Under the pieces are notes generated by a model. The model saw nothing but the letters and a program-made list of their open reading frames with translations, did not search any database and was not told the origin of the DNA. From Ascidiella aspersa (lineage: Eukaryota), in assembly GCA_963924565.1 (NCBI GenBank), contig OZ004610.1, positions 13,268,001 through 13,332,000 of the forward strand: 64,000 nucleotides of DNA, read 5' to 3'. Shown in pieces: positions 53,083-64,000 of this stretch. The stretch's first letter is position 1. Every line of letters begins with the position of its first letter. The position numbers and the translations under genes were made by a program.

Positions 53083-53704
53083 CAAATATTCTTTAGACTT
53101 TTCTGTCTCGGTCAAAGTCAGTGACTAATAATTTCTAGTCATTTGAAAGAGAAATTTATTTCGCCACAGTTTATGAAAAAACAACCAGGTGGGTTGGTAA
53201 AGCGAAAATAAAAAATAAAAAAAGGGCAAGACGTGGCAACAAAGTAGATTATTTTTGCTTTTCTAACACAGCATGGTTGCTTTTTGCAAGACTTGGGCAG
53301 GATTGTTTACTTTCTATACCTATAATTTTTACCTAAGCAAGTAAGTAATGTTTATTTTCCGTTGGCGCTGAAATTAAAATACACAAAGTATGCTATGACA
53401 AGAAACAAATTCACGCGCGATACGGCCGGTGCAGCGATGGGTCCAATGGACCTTCCAGTCAGCTGTCTAGTGTTTTTTACCCACAATTACTTACCCCGTA
53501 TTTTGCTTTTGGTTCTACTGTCATTTTTACTTTTACTTTTAATTGCTAGCAACCAGTTTACGTGTTTGCATTGTTTTTTGTTGTTGTTTTTCTTCTTGAG
53601 ATTGGTGATGCTTTATTTTGTGGCGAAATATATTTCTCTTTTAAACGACTAAAACTTACTAATGACTGACTTTGACCGAGACAAAAAAGTTTAAAGAATA
53701 TTTG
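53083..53704. mobile_element. Foldback-like element with long imperfect inverted arms
   Basis: CAAATATTCTTTAGACTTTTCTGTCTCGGTCAAAGTCAGT...ATTTCGCCACA is mirrored by TGTGGCGAAAT...ACTGACTTTGACCGAGACAAAAAAGTTTAAAGAATATTTG (arms of at least 85 bp). No TSD seen. Confidence 0.7.
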
Positions 53705-54630
53705 TACCGAGAAATCCTTTTATTCGATACCGATAGTCGATATTTCGAGCATGAAATGCCGCGATCCGACCCGATGCTAAATTACGACATCATTTGCTAT
53801 AACAAGCAAAATAAATGAAATAGAAACGCACAAAGGTAACTTTTTCCAGTAAAATTTTTCAAATTTGCCTCAGCGTTAAGTTAAGTTATTTGCATTCGCT
53901 AACGTGCAATATTTTTTGATAAATTTACCGTTTCTGGTAGAATTCGCTGCGTTTGAACGCAAATCATGGCTTTAATAGCGATATCAATTTGGTATCGGAT
54001 CGTCATCGATACCATTTTGGTATCGGTCAATTACCGATAATACCACTTAATATCGGAGATCGACTCTGGTCCAATTTTATCGCAAATCCCCACAACTAAC
54101 CAAAACTTGCCCTATTGGTTCGTTAAGGTAACAAGTTTGCAAAAATAAAATACGATTGCAACGTTTTAGATTTATTTTTTCGACAAAATAATAATTAGGT
54201 TACTGAAACGATCTTTTCATGGATTTTTGTTTTTGAGATATCTGAAGAAGAATAAAGTGACACATAATAGTTATTATTTCTCAGATAATACTTAAACCAA
54301 GAATGCTTTACGTTTTTCAGCTTGTACCGCTCTAAAACAATGAAAAGTAGCACTTTAAAAACTAGACTAAGCAATAAAAAAAAATAGACTAAGAAAACCA
54401 ATCGTGTCTGTCAACGTGTGGTTAAAGGCGGGCGTCGTTTTTGAAGTACACTATTAAATAACTATCCAATACATTTTACCTATAAAATTTAACCTTATAG
54501 GGCCTACAATACCCATCAAGGCGAACGATTTGTACCAAAATGATATACCTTACTTAATTGTCCTATGGGTATTGGCTAGTGTGTATTCTATTCTACTCGC
54601 TTGCTAAAAAGCGTTTTAGTAACACTGTAC

Positions 54631-55029
54631 CATAGGCGTAGCCAGGGGGGTGTCAATGCCCCCACCCCCCCAATTTATAAATATTTTACTCTCAATAATT
54701 TGTTTTGTAGCATTTATAAGCAAAGCAGTACCACAACAGTCGATCACAGGCTGCCACACCTTCAATTGTCATGTGACTGTTATGTCACAAACGATGCAGT
54801 TAATATTACGTTTGCTATACATCAATGTAGTTTTACTACTATAGTCATTTTTTTCTCTTTGAATGGTTTTTGAGTATTGCGTTAAAACTCAGTCAGTTGC
54901 TGCTCGAAACGGTTTACTAGCATTGTTATTTGTGTTCGATACGGCAGTTAATACAATGAAAAAAGCTAAAGAAAAAAGTGTGACGTTTCCCCCCCTCAAA
55001 AAAAAAAAATTAGGCTGACTACGCCATTG
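54631..55029. mobile_element. hAT-type MITE (CATAGGCGTAGCCAG termini)
   Basis: Imperfect TIR CATAGGCGTAGCCAG / CTGACTACGCCATTG. Perfect 8-bp TSD CACTGTAC (54623-54630, 55030-55037). Confidence 0.85.
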
Positions 55030-55033
55030 CACT

Positions 55034-55171
55034 GTACCATAAATATATATATATTTTACAAATCGTTCCGCGGCAATAAAAAAAAAGTATATAGGTTACT
55101 GTAAGTGTGACACTAAAGAATCTCTAGTTTGCCGCGAAACGATTTGTAAAATATATATATATCTATGGTAC
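55034..55171. repeat. 43-bp near-perfect inverted repeat (short palindromic MITE-like element)
   Basis: GTACCATAAATATATATATATTTTACAAATCGTTCCGCGGCAA (55034-55076) versus TTGCCGCGAAACGATTTGTAAAATATATATATATCTATGGTAC (55129-55171), two mismatches. Confidence 0.85.
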
Positions 55172-55798
55172 TAAATGACTGAAGTAGTAAAACTATACCG
55201 CTGTAATTAACAGTTTAAGAGCCGCCATTTCGAACAATAGGTTTCGTGCTGACTATAGCAAATGACGTAATTTGGGAGTGTAGCGTATATTTGTGTGAGT
55301 ATTGTAGGCGTACATACCTCCTATGAACGTTTCTACGCACAATGGAGGTAACTGCTCAATATTCCTTTACTGACATTTCAACTCTTACGTGTTTTTGCCT
55401 CTGGCGTTTTGAAATCGTCAAATGCTAGTTTGCTTTGTAACACAAATCTTTCATATTTTATTCGAGTGCATTTTATCACTGAGAAGCTAAATTATATCAA
55501 AGAAAAATAATAGCCACCTAGATATTGCTTTATAGCATCTACCTGCCGCCGTGTGATTATGCGAAACACAGAGTTGGTGCGTAATATCAGTCCCTTGGTT
55601 GTCTCGCAGCTATAACGACTTCCTTGTGTAGCTTAACACTGACAACACTTAGTAGCAGTAATTAAAATCACGACCGAGTTTCCTGCTGTTATGCGAAGGA
55701 TTGTTCTAGCCTTTAGGGTTGAAGCAGCACATCAGTGAAACCATTTTTGTTAAGTTGAAGATAATTTTTACACTTTATTGTGCCTTGATTGGAACGCT

Positions 55799-57282
55799 AT
55801 GTCTCTGTATGACCAGTAAGTTAATAGCGTACAAAAACGCTTAGTATAGCACAAAATAACGAATTGTGAACAGAACATAACGTTATACTATTATAGATTG
55901 ACGAATGTATGTTTTTATTAGACGTCAGTTGGGGGAAACATATTCAGAAAGGTAGAGTGTATAACAAATAGGTTGTCGTATAGACTTGAAGAAGGGTTGG
56001 TATAACATATATTTTATTAGCTTAAGAAAGCCAAACAAAATAAGGACATTCGTTTATGACATATTTATATCTTAAAAACGGATAATTTAGATAAAAAGTA
56101 ATGAGTTTAATGGAAATGGTATTATTTCTGTGTAGTACAATTTAAAATGCAGTATTTTTTATGATCAGACCTTCTTAGTAGAATGGGGACTGTTGTGTTG
56201 TATAGTAGACTGCAAGCTTTTTTTCTTTCAGATTACACAAGTTGACCGACGACGTCAATAAATTCCTCATCGACGTCACAGGGAAAAGTTTGTCCGATCT
56301 CAATAGCCAGGATTTGCTGGGAAATAAATACAACCTGGCCTTGTTCGGCAGTGGGATTGCTTTTGTCTCCAGCATGTTAATTCTGCTCCTAATTGGTTGG
56401 TTTGTAGCTCATCCTAGTCCGAGTTCATTTTTGAATTTTATTTTGTCATTTTGTGTTGATTTGTTATCTTGTGCGGTTAGTGTTAAACAATACGTCTTAA
56501 AAGGGAGAAAACCTTAAAAATGGAACAACAATTTTTGCAATTTTATACTTTATGCACACCATATTTGTTTATTTTAATCATAATGGTAAAATACTATAAA
56601 AGCAATGTGTTCTCAACTTATTATCAATATTATAAAAATATCTATTTCGGTTTATTAAGGTCTGACTTACGATTGCTGCAGTTCCCATTCCGACACTAAG
56701 AAAACGCCTATGAAGAAACGTATGTTTTCAAGTCGCAAAAAGGTTAGTAATTTCAGTAATAAAGCTGTGGGAAATATACGCTACAATATATAAAAACTGG
56801 GTTTGTGTCAAGCTTATTCAATTCAACTTACTGTTTTAATAAATGTGCTTTTATGGAAACTTAAACATTATACTAGAACAGCGTTACTTAACTGGAGGGT
56901 CGATTACAAATAAAAGCCTTATCTTTGGCCTAGAGCCCTAGACCTAGACCTTCAGATACGTGTATCGACAATCGTCCTGTATTGAACATTGGCATCCGTG
57001 ATAAACTGGTTACAAAGGAAATCCACTGACGACGCTCGAGCACTATTCAAGATTCACTAACGTTTTTACCCTTTAAACTAGGAATTTTAAAGCTTGTGTT
57101 CTAGCATATTATCAGCTTCGAAATAACATTAAGTGAACCACGCTGCAGAACCTTGAATCTTTACATCGTAATATATTGTAATTTTCCTGCAGAATTACAA
57201 AGAACGTTTGGAGTTGGAAAACAAGAACAAAGTGAACGATATTTCTGCTGAGGACAATACGACTGTGACCACCTTTCACTGA
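55799..57282 (+). CDS. Small single-pass membrane protein (117 aa), SMIM5/18/22-like
   Basis: Exons 55799-55815, 56232-56395, 56660-56742, 57193-57282 (354 nt, phases 2/1/0) give MSLYDQLHKLTDDVNKFLIDVTGKSLSDLNSQDLLGNKYNLALFGSGIAFVSSMLILLLIGLTYDCCSSHSDTKKTPMKKRMFSSRKKNYKERLELENKNKVNDISAEDNTTVTTFH*. One hydrophobic helix, then a CC pair, then a basic cluster. The last splice has alternatives. Confidence 0.65.
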
Positions 57283-58631
57283 AAGCTTTCGTATTGCAAT
57301 TTTTTTCGTTTAATTTGTATTAGTCATTATAAAGCCAGGGCCACGCGAGAAATGATATTGCGGTACAACCTCCCTTACTTTTAACTTTGCCTAATGGTAC
57401 GATTGTATGAAAGGGCACAAATGGACGTCAAGGTGTACCGAGCAATGAACATAGTTTTATATATACACAATGTGAACATACTTGATATTTTGTTGGTTTG
57501 GCACTTATATTTGCATGGATTAAGTTACGCCAAAATATTCGTCGCTGCTATATGGAATTGGCGCCAAAGAGTTTTTGTAATATAACGACAAGTCCAATCG
57601 TTAATTATTTATTCTTCTGCTATTCTGCAACTTCATTATCTTACGAATGTACAACTAAGGAGTTTTAAATATTTATAGTTTAATTGCATTTAAGGTGAAA
57701 TAGGCCAAAGTTTATATAATGCGACAATAAAAAAATATTCAAAAATTATGACGTGTTAGCAACTTGCAAAGTGTTCGCCCAACATACCTAATAGAATAGA
57801 ATGGTTTGCTACCCCAGCATGAAACTTTCCAAGAACAACGCCGCATAACTGCCCCATTAGATAGCCTATAACAAAACGTAATGTGAATTTATAAATCATG
57901 ATTGTAACTAACCAAAGAGCTGACGTATGACTGATCAGACGTTTTTATATTTCGCGCGGAATATAAAAATAATGCAAAGTACAAAAAGCACCCAGCTAGA
58001 TTCATTTTGCTTTTTTTGGTAGGCACATCGAAATAAACAAATGTTTTTTTTGTCACGTGTCTGGATTTTAATAAGGTTGACTTTATGGTTGATATATCGT
58101 AGAATCGCAACCAACTCCACTTACTTGGCGGGGAACCACCGGTCACACAGGACGGTATTGAATTCAAAGGTCCCGTTAGCCAAATTAAAACTGCAAAAAC
58201 GGAAACATGGCCCAACTAGTTGAAATCTTGGGCTGGTTGGGGTAAACACGATGCAATGACCTTGCTGCAAGGAAGTTAGATTTTTGCGAAAAAAGTAGCG
58301 CTCAATAAACTCCATTGACTAGTACTAGAACTATAAGTTTACATTTTTTTTGGAAAAAGTCTTATCACGGCGCTTTTTGGAAAAAGTCTTATCACGGCTC
58401 TAGACTATGCGGTAAAATAAAACAGCTGTAACCTAATAGTAGTAATTTCGATAAGTGGGATAAATTTGGTCGTTGATTGACTTTACGTCAGCAAACGTCA
58501 TATTTCGAGTAGGGCCGTTACACTCTCGTGAGTTTGACATTTAGAAGACATAAAACAGTCGCGCGAATGCATTTATATTGATCAATTATGTCCGTAGGAA
58601 TATAAAATGATCCGCGAAACCGCCTTTAAAT

Positions 58632-58866
58632 CACGGAGTCGAACCGGAACCGAAAAACTTTATGAACCGGTTTTGGGTCAATTTTTTCCTAACCGTAAAC
58701 GAACCTGAACCGTTTTCGGTAAGATTCCAAGGAGCCGAACCGGAACTGAACCGAATAATTTGAAAGAACATGAACCTTAACCAAAGAGACTTCAACAATT
58801 TAAATCTCCTTGCCTTACCTTAACCGAACCCGAACCCATGCCTATAACAAAAGCGGTTCACTCCCT
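58632..58866. mobile_element. GAACCG-repeat MITE family, copy 1
   Basis: Termini CACGGAGTCGAACCG / CGGTTCACTCCCT with internal (GAACCG/GAACCT)n. Alignable along its length with 63826-64000. Confidence 0.75.
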
Positions 58867-59085
58867 TATGACGTCACAACTTGAATTTTATAGAATCAAG
58901 TTATGCAATCGTCTTGCACTGTTGTTAAAAACTATGAAGCAGTTTTGTGGTGAGAATGGGATCCAAGTTGTTTTCCACCAGCAGATCTTATAGCCGAATC
59001 TTAAATCTTTAACCACCAGACCACACGCTTTTTCCAAACATACTTTGGTTACGCATCAAAATCGTTTATGTTGTTCATATAATTT

Positions 59086-60401
59086 TTTTTTTTTTGCAGC
59101 ATCCTTAGATGCTAAGGGGGGTAGATTTATTTGGGGACGCGAGAAATGTAAACAAGTACGTGATGGGAAAATAACAAAAAAGGGGGAAACAAATGTGGAG
59201 AGAATATTGTGTACGTGAGCATGGCACTGTGGTTTTAGGAATAAATTCTTGTTTTGGGTTACTTGAGTTGCTTTTTTGGCATCGAGGTTAAATGTGTTGC
59301 AGATTAGAACCCGCAATGGCAAACGGTGTTGCGGTCAAATAGTTGTCCGCAATCCATACATCTTTCAAATGAGGTGTAGCATTTTGAACAGTGGTATGTT
59401 TTGTCACCTTCTCGGTGTCTGGTGGGTCGGCTGCAATATGTACATTTCAATTGAGGGTCCTGTGTGGGGGGAGTCGGTGGGGTTGACGATTTGGTTGATT
59501 GAGGTGCTCGTGAGTTGGTCTTCTTTGGGTTGCTTGCTTGTGGGGGGAGTTGTTTTGTTCTTCCTTTTCTCGGACTTTGATTTGTTGGTTTTGGGGGCAG
59601 CGTCGTGTTGTTCAACTATTTCTTCCGGCCCAAAGTGTATCAGGTCCGTTGGGTTGTTGCTATTGGTTGGTTCGGAAGTTGCTTTTGATTGGTTGATTGG
59701 TTGTTGATGGTGGTGGATTGCTTTATGTGTTGCTGGTGATTTCCTTATGGTGAGATGATGTAGTGGCTTCGAATTGGCTTTTGGGGGGGTGGGAGTTTCG
59801 CTGGAGTGGTGGGGATTAGTAGGAGGGCTATGCAGTCTTCTTTAATATGACCGAAGTCTTTACAGAGGTAGCATTGCGGTGGTTGGCCCAGGTACCTAAC
59901 CGGGAAAGTGAGGCCCTGGCACCCTACTGTAGCTGGGATCTTTCGTTTTCATGTTCAAATCTTTCGTTTTTATTTCCAGGGTGATTCTACCATCGGGGAG
60001 TCCTGCGAAACGGTCTTTATTTCTTTTTGTTTCTTTGATGTTTGGGTTGAACTACGTTGATGATCTCTCCTATGTTGAAGCGGGGAGGTACATGGGCGAG
60101 CTCTACGCTGGTGAATTCTGCTTCGTAGCGTCGAGCGAACTCGACTTCAGGAATTCTGCCTTATTTGCATACGAGTTCTTGTGCCTGAGGTCCAGTGTGG
60201 CACGTAAAGTCCACAAATCCAGATTTTCGATCGATGATACCTTCGAGATTGCATACTTCGAATGAGATGACTTCTAGGATCTTGTAGATATATTCTCTTG
60301 ACTTCTTCTCCGGGAATCTCGCTAATACTTCCGTTTCTCTCGAGAAGATCTCCTTTCGTCCTGACATGTTTCTTGCTTTGTCGAGTTAAAAATTCGAACT
60401 G
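59086..60401 (-). mobile_element. ORF1-only non-LTR retroelement (half-L1-like), complete, with degraded ORF
   Basis: 14-bp TSD TGTTCATATAATTT (59072-59085, 60402-60415) and a T run at 59083-59095 (poly(A) on the minus strand). ATG at 60367, a CCHC knuckle RYLGQPPQCYLCKDFGHIKEDC (Cys codons 59873-59832), and a Cys-rich C-terminus with stop at 59304. One premature stop (60161-60163) and several frameshifts. No endonuclease or RT. Confidence 0.82.
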
Positions 60402-60719
60402 TGTTCATATAATTTAGGAAACCACTTACAAGAGCCATGGGATTGCCTTCATCCGATAGAAAAATTAATCAGTCCATGATTTGTGCAATCCTTTTAATGT
60501 GAAATCTCAAATTTATAAGATGTCTATGTACTGTAGTGATTGGCAGCATTTCATACGATGGAAATACCACAACTCCATAAGTATGTTGTAAAAAATATTC
60601 AAATAATTAAACCAAAAAAATAATATTTAAAAATTTGTTGATGAATAGCTTTTGGCCTAAGTTTCGTGTTAACATCAAGATGGTTATAAATGTATTATTT
60701 TCCAACTAGAAAAAGTTAC

Positions 60720-60798
60720 CAATATTTCGCCCTTCCACTTTGACGTTTTTACTTCAACAAAACAGCTTAAAAATGGCTGTCTGTGTACGGTGAAAAGG
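60720..60798 (+). promoter_or_regulatory. Probable promoter and non-coding first exon of CSNK2B
   Basis: YY1-like AAAATGGCTG at 60770-60779 and a strong donor AAGG|GTAAGT at 60798/60799. The next good acceptor is TTTATTTAG at ~62554, just upstream of the CK2beta ATG. Confidence 0.45.
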
Positions 60799-61242
60799 GT
60801 AAGTGATGAAACTGTTTTTCAGGCAATACTTCCAAAATTGTGACTATCGCGGTTAGAAGTACCCAGTTCTATAATGTTTAATGGTATATATATGATTAAT
60901 ATATATTTCTCCATTTGGACGTCGAACTGCGACTTTTATACACAGGTCAAACTCCGCTGGTTCACACTGGACGCATTAAGTCCAGTTCACACATAACGAG
61001 TTGCCAGCGTTAACAGCAAATTTCCTCGCTTCTAACCGAAGGCGTCAAAGTTGAATTATTTCAACTTTCCTCAACCGAAAGCGTTTTTTAAAAAACGATT
61101 TACGTCAACAACCTTAATAATTGTACAACGATACCATGTCCATATTGACAGTTAATGTCACTTATACGTCGCAACATCATAGTGCAATGTAAAGATATAC
61201 TTGTATAATATTTAAAGCATCTATTGTAATATATGCCTTTTT

Positions 61243-61610
61243 GGCGCTGGTCTAGAATCCTACTTTTTATAATTACGAAAGAAGAAACGCGTTGTTAAAA
61301 TTGAATTGCAATGAAGAAATAAATATTGGATAATAAAGGTAATAATAATACTTGATTTACTCCACCCACTAACTCGCACCCTTACCCAAATAATGTTAGA
61401 AATGTAACCACCTGGTCTAGAATTTTACCACCGTGTCGAAACAATTATTATTAAAGCAATGCACAATAGTTGGGTTAGGCTGTTGGTTTGTGTGATAGTG
61501 GATAAAGTATTATTATATTTATCATTTAATAATATTGCTTAACCTACCTAAACGCTAACCCACATCCTAATCCAAATTATGTTTGTTGTGGTAGGATTCT
61601 AGACCAGTGC
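61243..61610. mobile_element. Unclassified MITE family, copy 2
   Basis: TIR GGCGCTGGTCTAGAATCCTAC / GTAGGATTCTAGACCAGTGC, with internal GGGTTAGG/CTAACCC and AAGTATTATTA motifs shared with 12905-13206. Confidence 0.7.
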
Positions 61611-62679
61611 AATATAACCCCATAAAACAAACTGTGGTTGAATTCCACCTGCGATTGTTTAAAAGTGATTATGCATCCTTCATGAGGTAAACTAGCAGGG
61701 TGCACTTTTTACCTTTTATGCACCAAGTCACCCTCTAGTTTTTTTCTTGCATCAGTGGTGCCATGGGTGTCTGTCAACATTTCATGACTGGTTTAAACTG
61801 CACAGTATTTTTGTGCCTGTAAATTCCCCACTTAAATGTAAGGGACTCAGGGTTAGTTCATTTAAAGGGGGATTACATAATCAAGTATAACAAGTCACAG
61901 AAAATTATGTTGACAGTTACAAATGTCCCACTAATCTGGGTATAGAACACCCTGATAGAGTATGCATACCTAAAAATTTGTTGATTTAGTGATTAGAAGG
62001 GTAGTTGCTACCGGTCAGTAGGCGCTGGGTCTTAAGGCTGGCTGCCTAAGTCTCCTATTCGTTTTCTTCTGAATCCAACTGGACCCGCAGCCCTAAAATA
62101 CCTGTCCTTAAATTTTTGAACTCAAAACAGTCACTTTTCTTTAGTTGATGTTGCTCATCGAGTATATATTCACAAATCTATATTGTAACACAGTGATTCA
62201 AGTCGCCAGTATAAAAGCTGTATAAAGTAGAATGAATCCCAAAAACGCTCGGTTTGGGTGCTGGTCATATCCTGAATAAAACTGTAGACAATTTAAGTGC
62301 CAATGGTTTATATTTATTTTGCAAATGTCAAGAATAATTTAATTGACTTAAGTTCTATTGCCTCAAGTGCTATGCAAAAGCTTTGTTTTGTCGACAGCTT
62401 GTGGTGTGCTTGATAACCATCACATTTCAGAAATAATGAATATATTCTTGCTTTGTTGAAATCATCAATCGATGTTCTGAACAACTTATTGGTCTTCCCC
62501 AGGTTAAAACTTTCTAATAGTTACCAACAATTGTATGAAATTTATTTTATTTAGGGTTTGTCAGCAGCCTCTAATTTCTTGGCCAATGCCAACCATTTAA
62601 ATTTAGGGAAAATCATTCGACAAAATTATCAAAGCCTTTTAGGCATAATTGAAACTGGGGAGTCCAAATTTTAGAGGTA

Positions 62680-63367
62680 ATGAGTTCCTCGGAAGAAGTG
62701 TCGTGGATAGCGTGGTTCTGTGGACTGAGAGGAAATGAATTCTTTTGTGAAGTCGATGAAGACTACATACAAGACAAATTTAACTTGACAGGTCTTGGTG
62801 ACCAAGTGCCTCATTACAGGTATTTGTGTAATTGTGTTATAAACATATTTCTTAAATTCTGCCAAAGGTAAACAGAAGCATTCTTAATTCACTGGTATAA
62901 AAAAGTTTTTTGATAAAATATTATACTATTTGAATATGACACACTGTAATAAGTTTTATAGTTATACAGTGATATACTTAAGTATTCAAATGCATTAATA
63001 AGAGTTAGAAATCAATATAAATTTTGAGGCACATTGATATTTTTAGCCATTTGTGGTGTCAATCAAACTGGAAACAGATAAAAATTTAAAAAAGTGTTTC
63101 CTTTTTTAATATATTATTATTTTTTTTTAAATCCTTTCAAGCATAGTGTTGTTATTGCCCATGAGTCTTTCTTAATATTTCTCCTAAAATGTTTGGTTCA
63201 AATTGTTATCTTTAAGACAAGCTTTGGACATGATCCTTGATTTGGAACCGGATGATGACATTGACGATAACACAAATCAATCAGACTTAATTGAGCAGGC
63301 GGCTGAGATGCTTTATGGATTAATTCATGCCAGATATTGCTTAACAAACCGTGGCATTGCACAGATG
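62680..63367 (+). CDS. CSNK2B: Casein kinase II subunit beta, first two coding exons (continues beyond the window)
   Basis: Exons 62680-62819 and 63217-63367 encode [97 protein letters not shown], near-identical to the canonical CK2beta N-terminus. Confidence 0.97.
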
Positions 63368-63825
63368 GTGAGAAAAAAATAACTTTCTACCTATATAATT
63401 AATTACAATGTCCTTTTAAAACCATTTTGCTTAATTTTCCTTACCATATGATTTAAGGTTTCAATAGTTTAATTCTTGTAATCTGTATAAATTCTTGTAA
63501 ATCTGTATAAATATACCATGGTTTATGGTGAATCAAGTGATTTGTTGGGTTGTATTTTTTAACTGCCAAGAAGAGGGAAACTGGGAGCAAAAAATACTTT
63601 TAAACCTACCTACCTTTAAGGGTCGAATTCATAAACTCGGATCAGTATTGATCCATGATCCTGGATCAATTGATCTGAGATTTACAATCCTGAGCTGGGT
63701 TTATTCCACAAACTCGGGTCAACTGATCCTGGATCAGTTTCGTGATTTGTGATGCATTTTCAGCGATGTTGTATAACTTAAATTTCACGGTCGGGTGGTT
63801 TCAAAAGTAGTTGCCGAGGTTATAT

Positions 63826-64000
63826 CAGGGAGTCGAACCGGAACTTTATGAAGCGGTTTAGGTCAATTTTTTTCCGAACCGTAACCGAACCTTAACCGTT
63901 TTTTATAAGATTTTAAGGAGCCGAACTGGAACTGAACTGAATAATTTGAAAGTACATGAACCTTAACCGAACCCGAACCTTTAAATAAAAGCGATTCACT
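63826..64000. mobile_element. GAACCG-repeat MITE family, copy 2 (CSNK2B intron; runs to the window edge)
   Basis: CAGGGAGTCGAACCGGAAC...AAAGCGATTCACT, colinear with 58632-58866. Confidence 0.75.

Noticed and set aside
59276-60265. Plus-strand hydrophobic ORFs (143 aa and 104 aa)
   Set aside because: Antisense shadows of the minus-strand retroelement ORF1.

Overview
This window is eukaryotic (metazoan) genomic DNA, AT-rich with GT-AG introns. The gene set, short introns and mosaic CpG pattern suggest an invertebrate chordate, probably a tunicate; this is inference and the species cannot be fixed from the sequence. Five spliced genes were rebuilt by hand with consistent exon phases: (1) a BCOR/BCORL1 orthologue (+, 860-10778) with an extra in-frame N-terminal ankyrin module and a ~180-aa tail after the PUFD domain; (2) TCTEX1D2/DYNLT2B (-, 11156-13295); (3) HMBOX1 (+, 25153-49124, 10 exons, 550 aa) inside a ~36-kb CpG-rich domain; (4) a 117-aa single-pass microprotein resembling SMIM5/18/22 (+, 55799-57282); (5) the 5' part of CSNK2B (+, from 62680). 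Mobile DNA includes eight hAT-type MITEs with 8-bp target-site duplications (one nested), several foldback or palindromic elements, and a complete 1.3-kb poly(A)- and TSD-bounded retroposed element carrying only a degraded L1/Tx1-type ORF1 (half-L1-like). That element is the most novel item. All homology calls rest on recalled family motifs; no database search was run.
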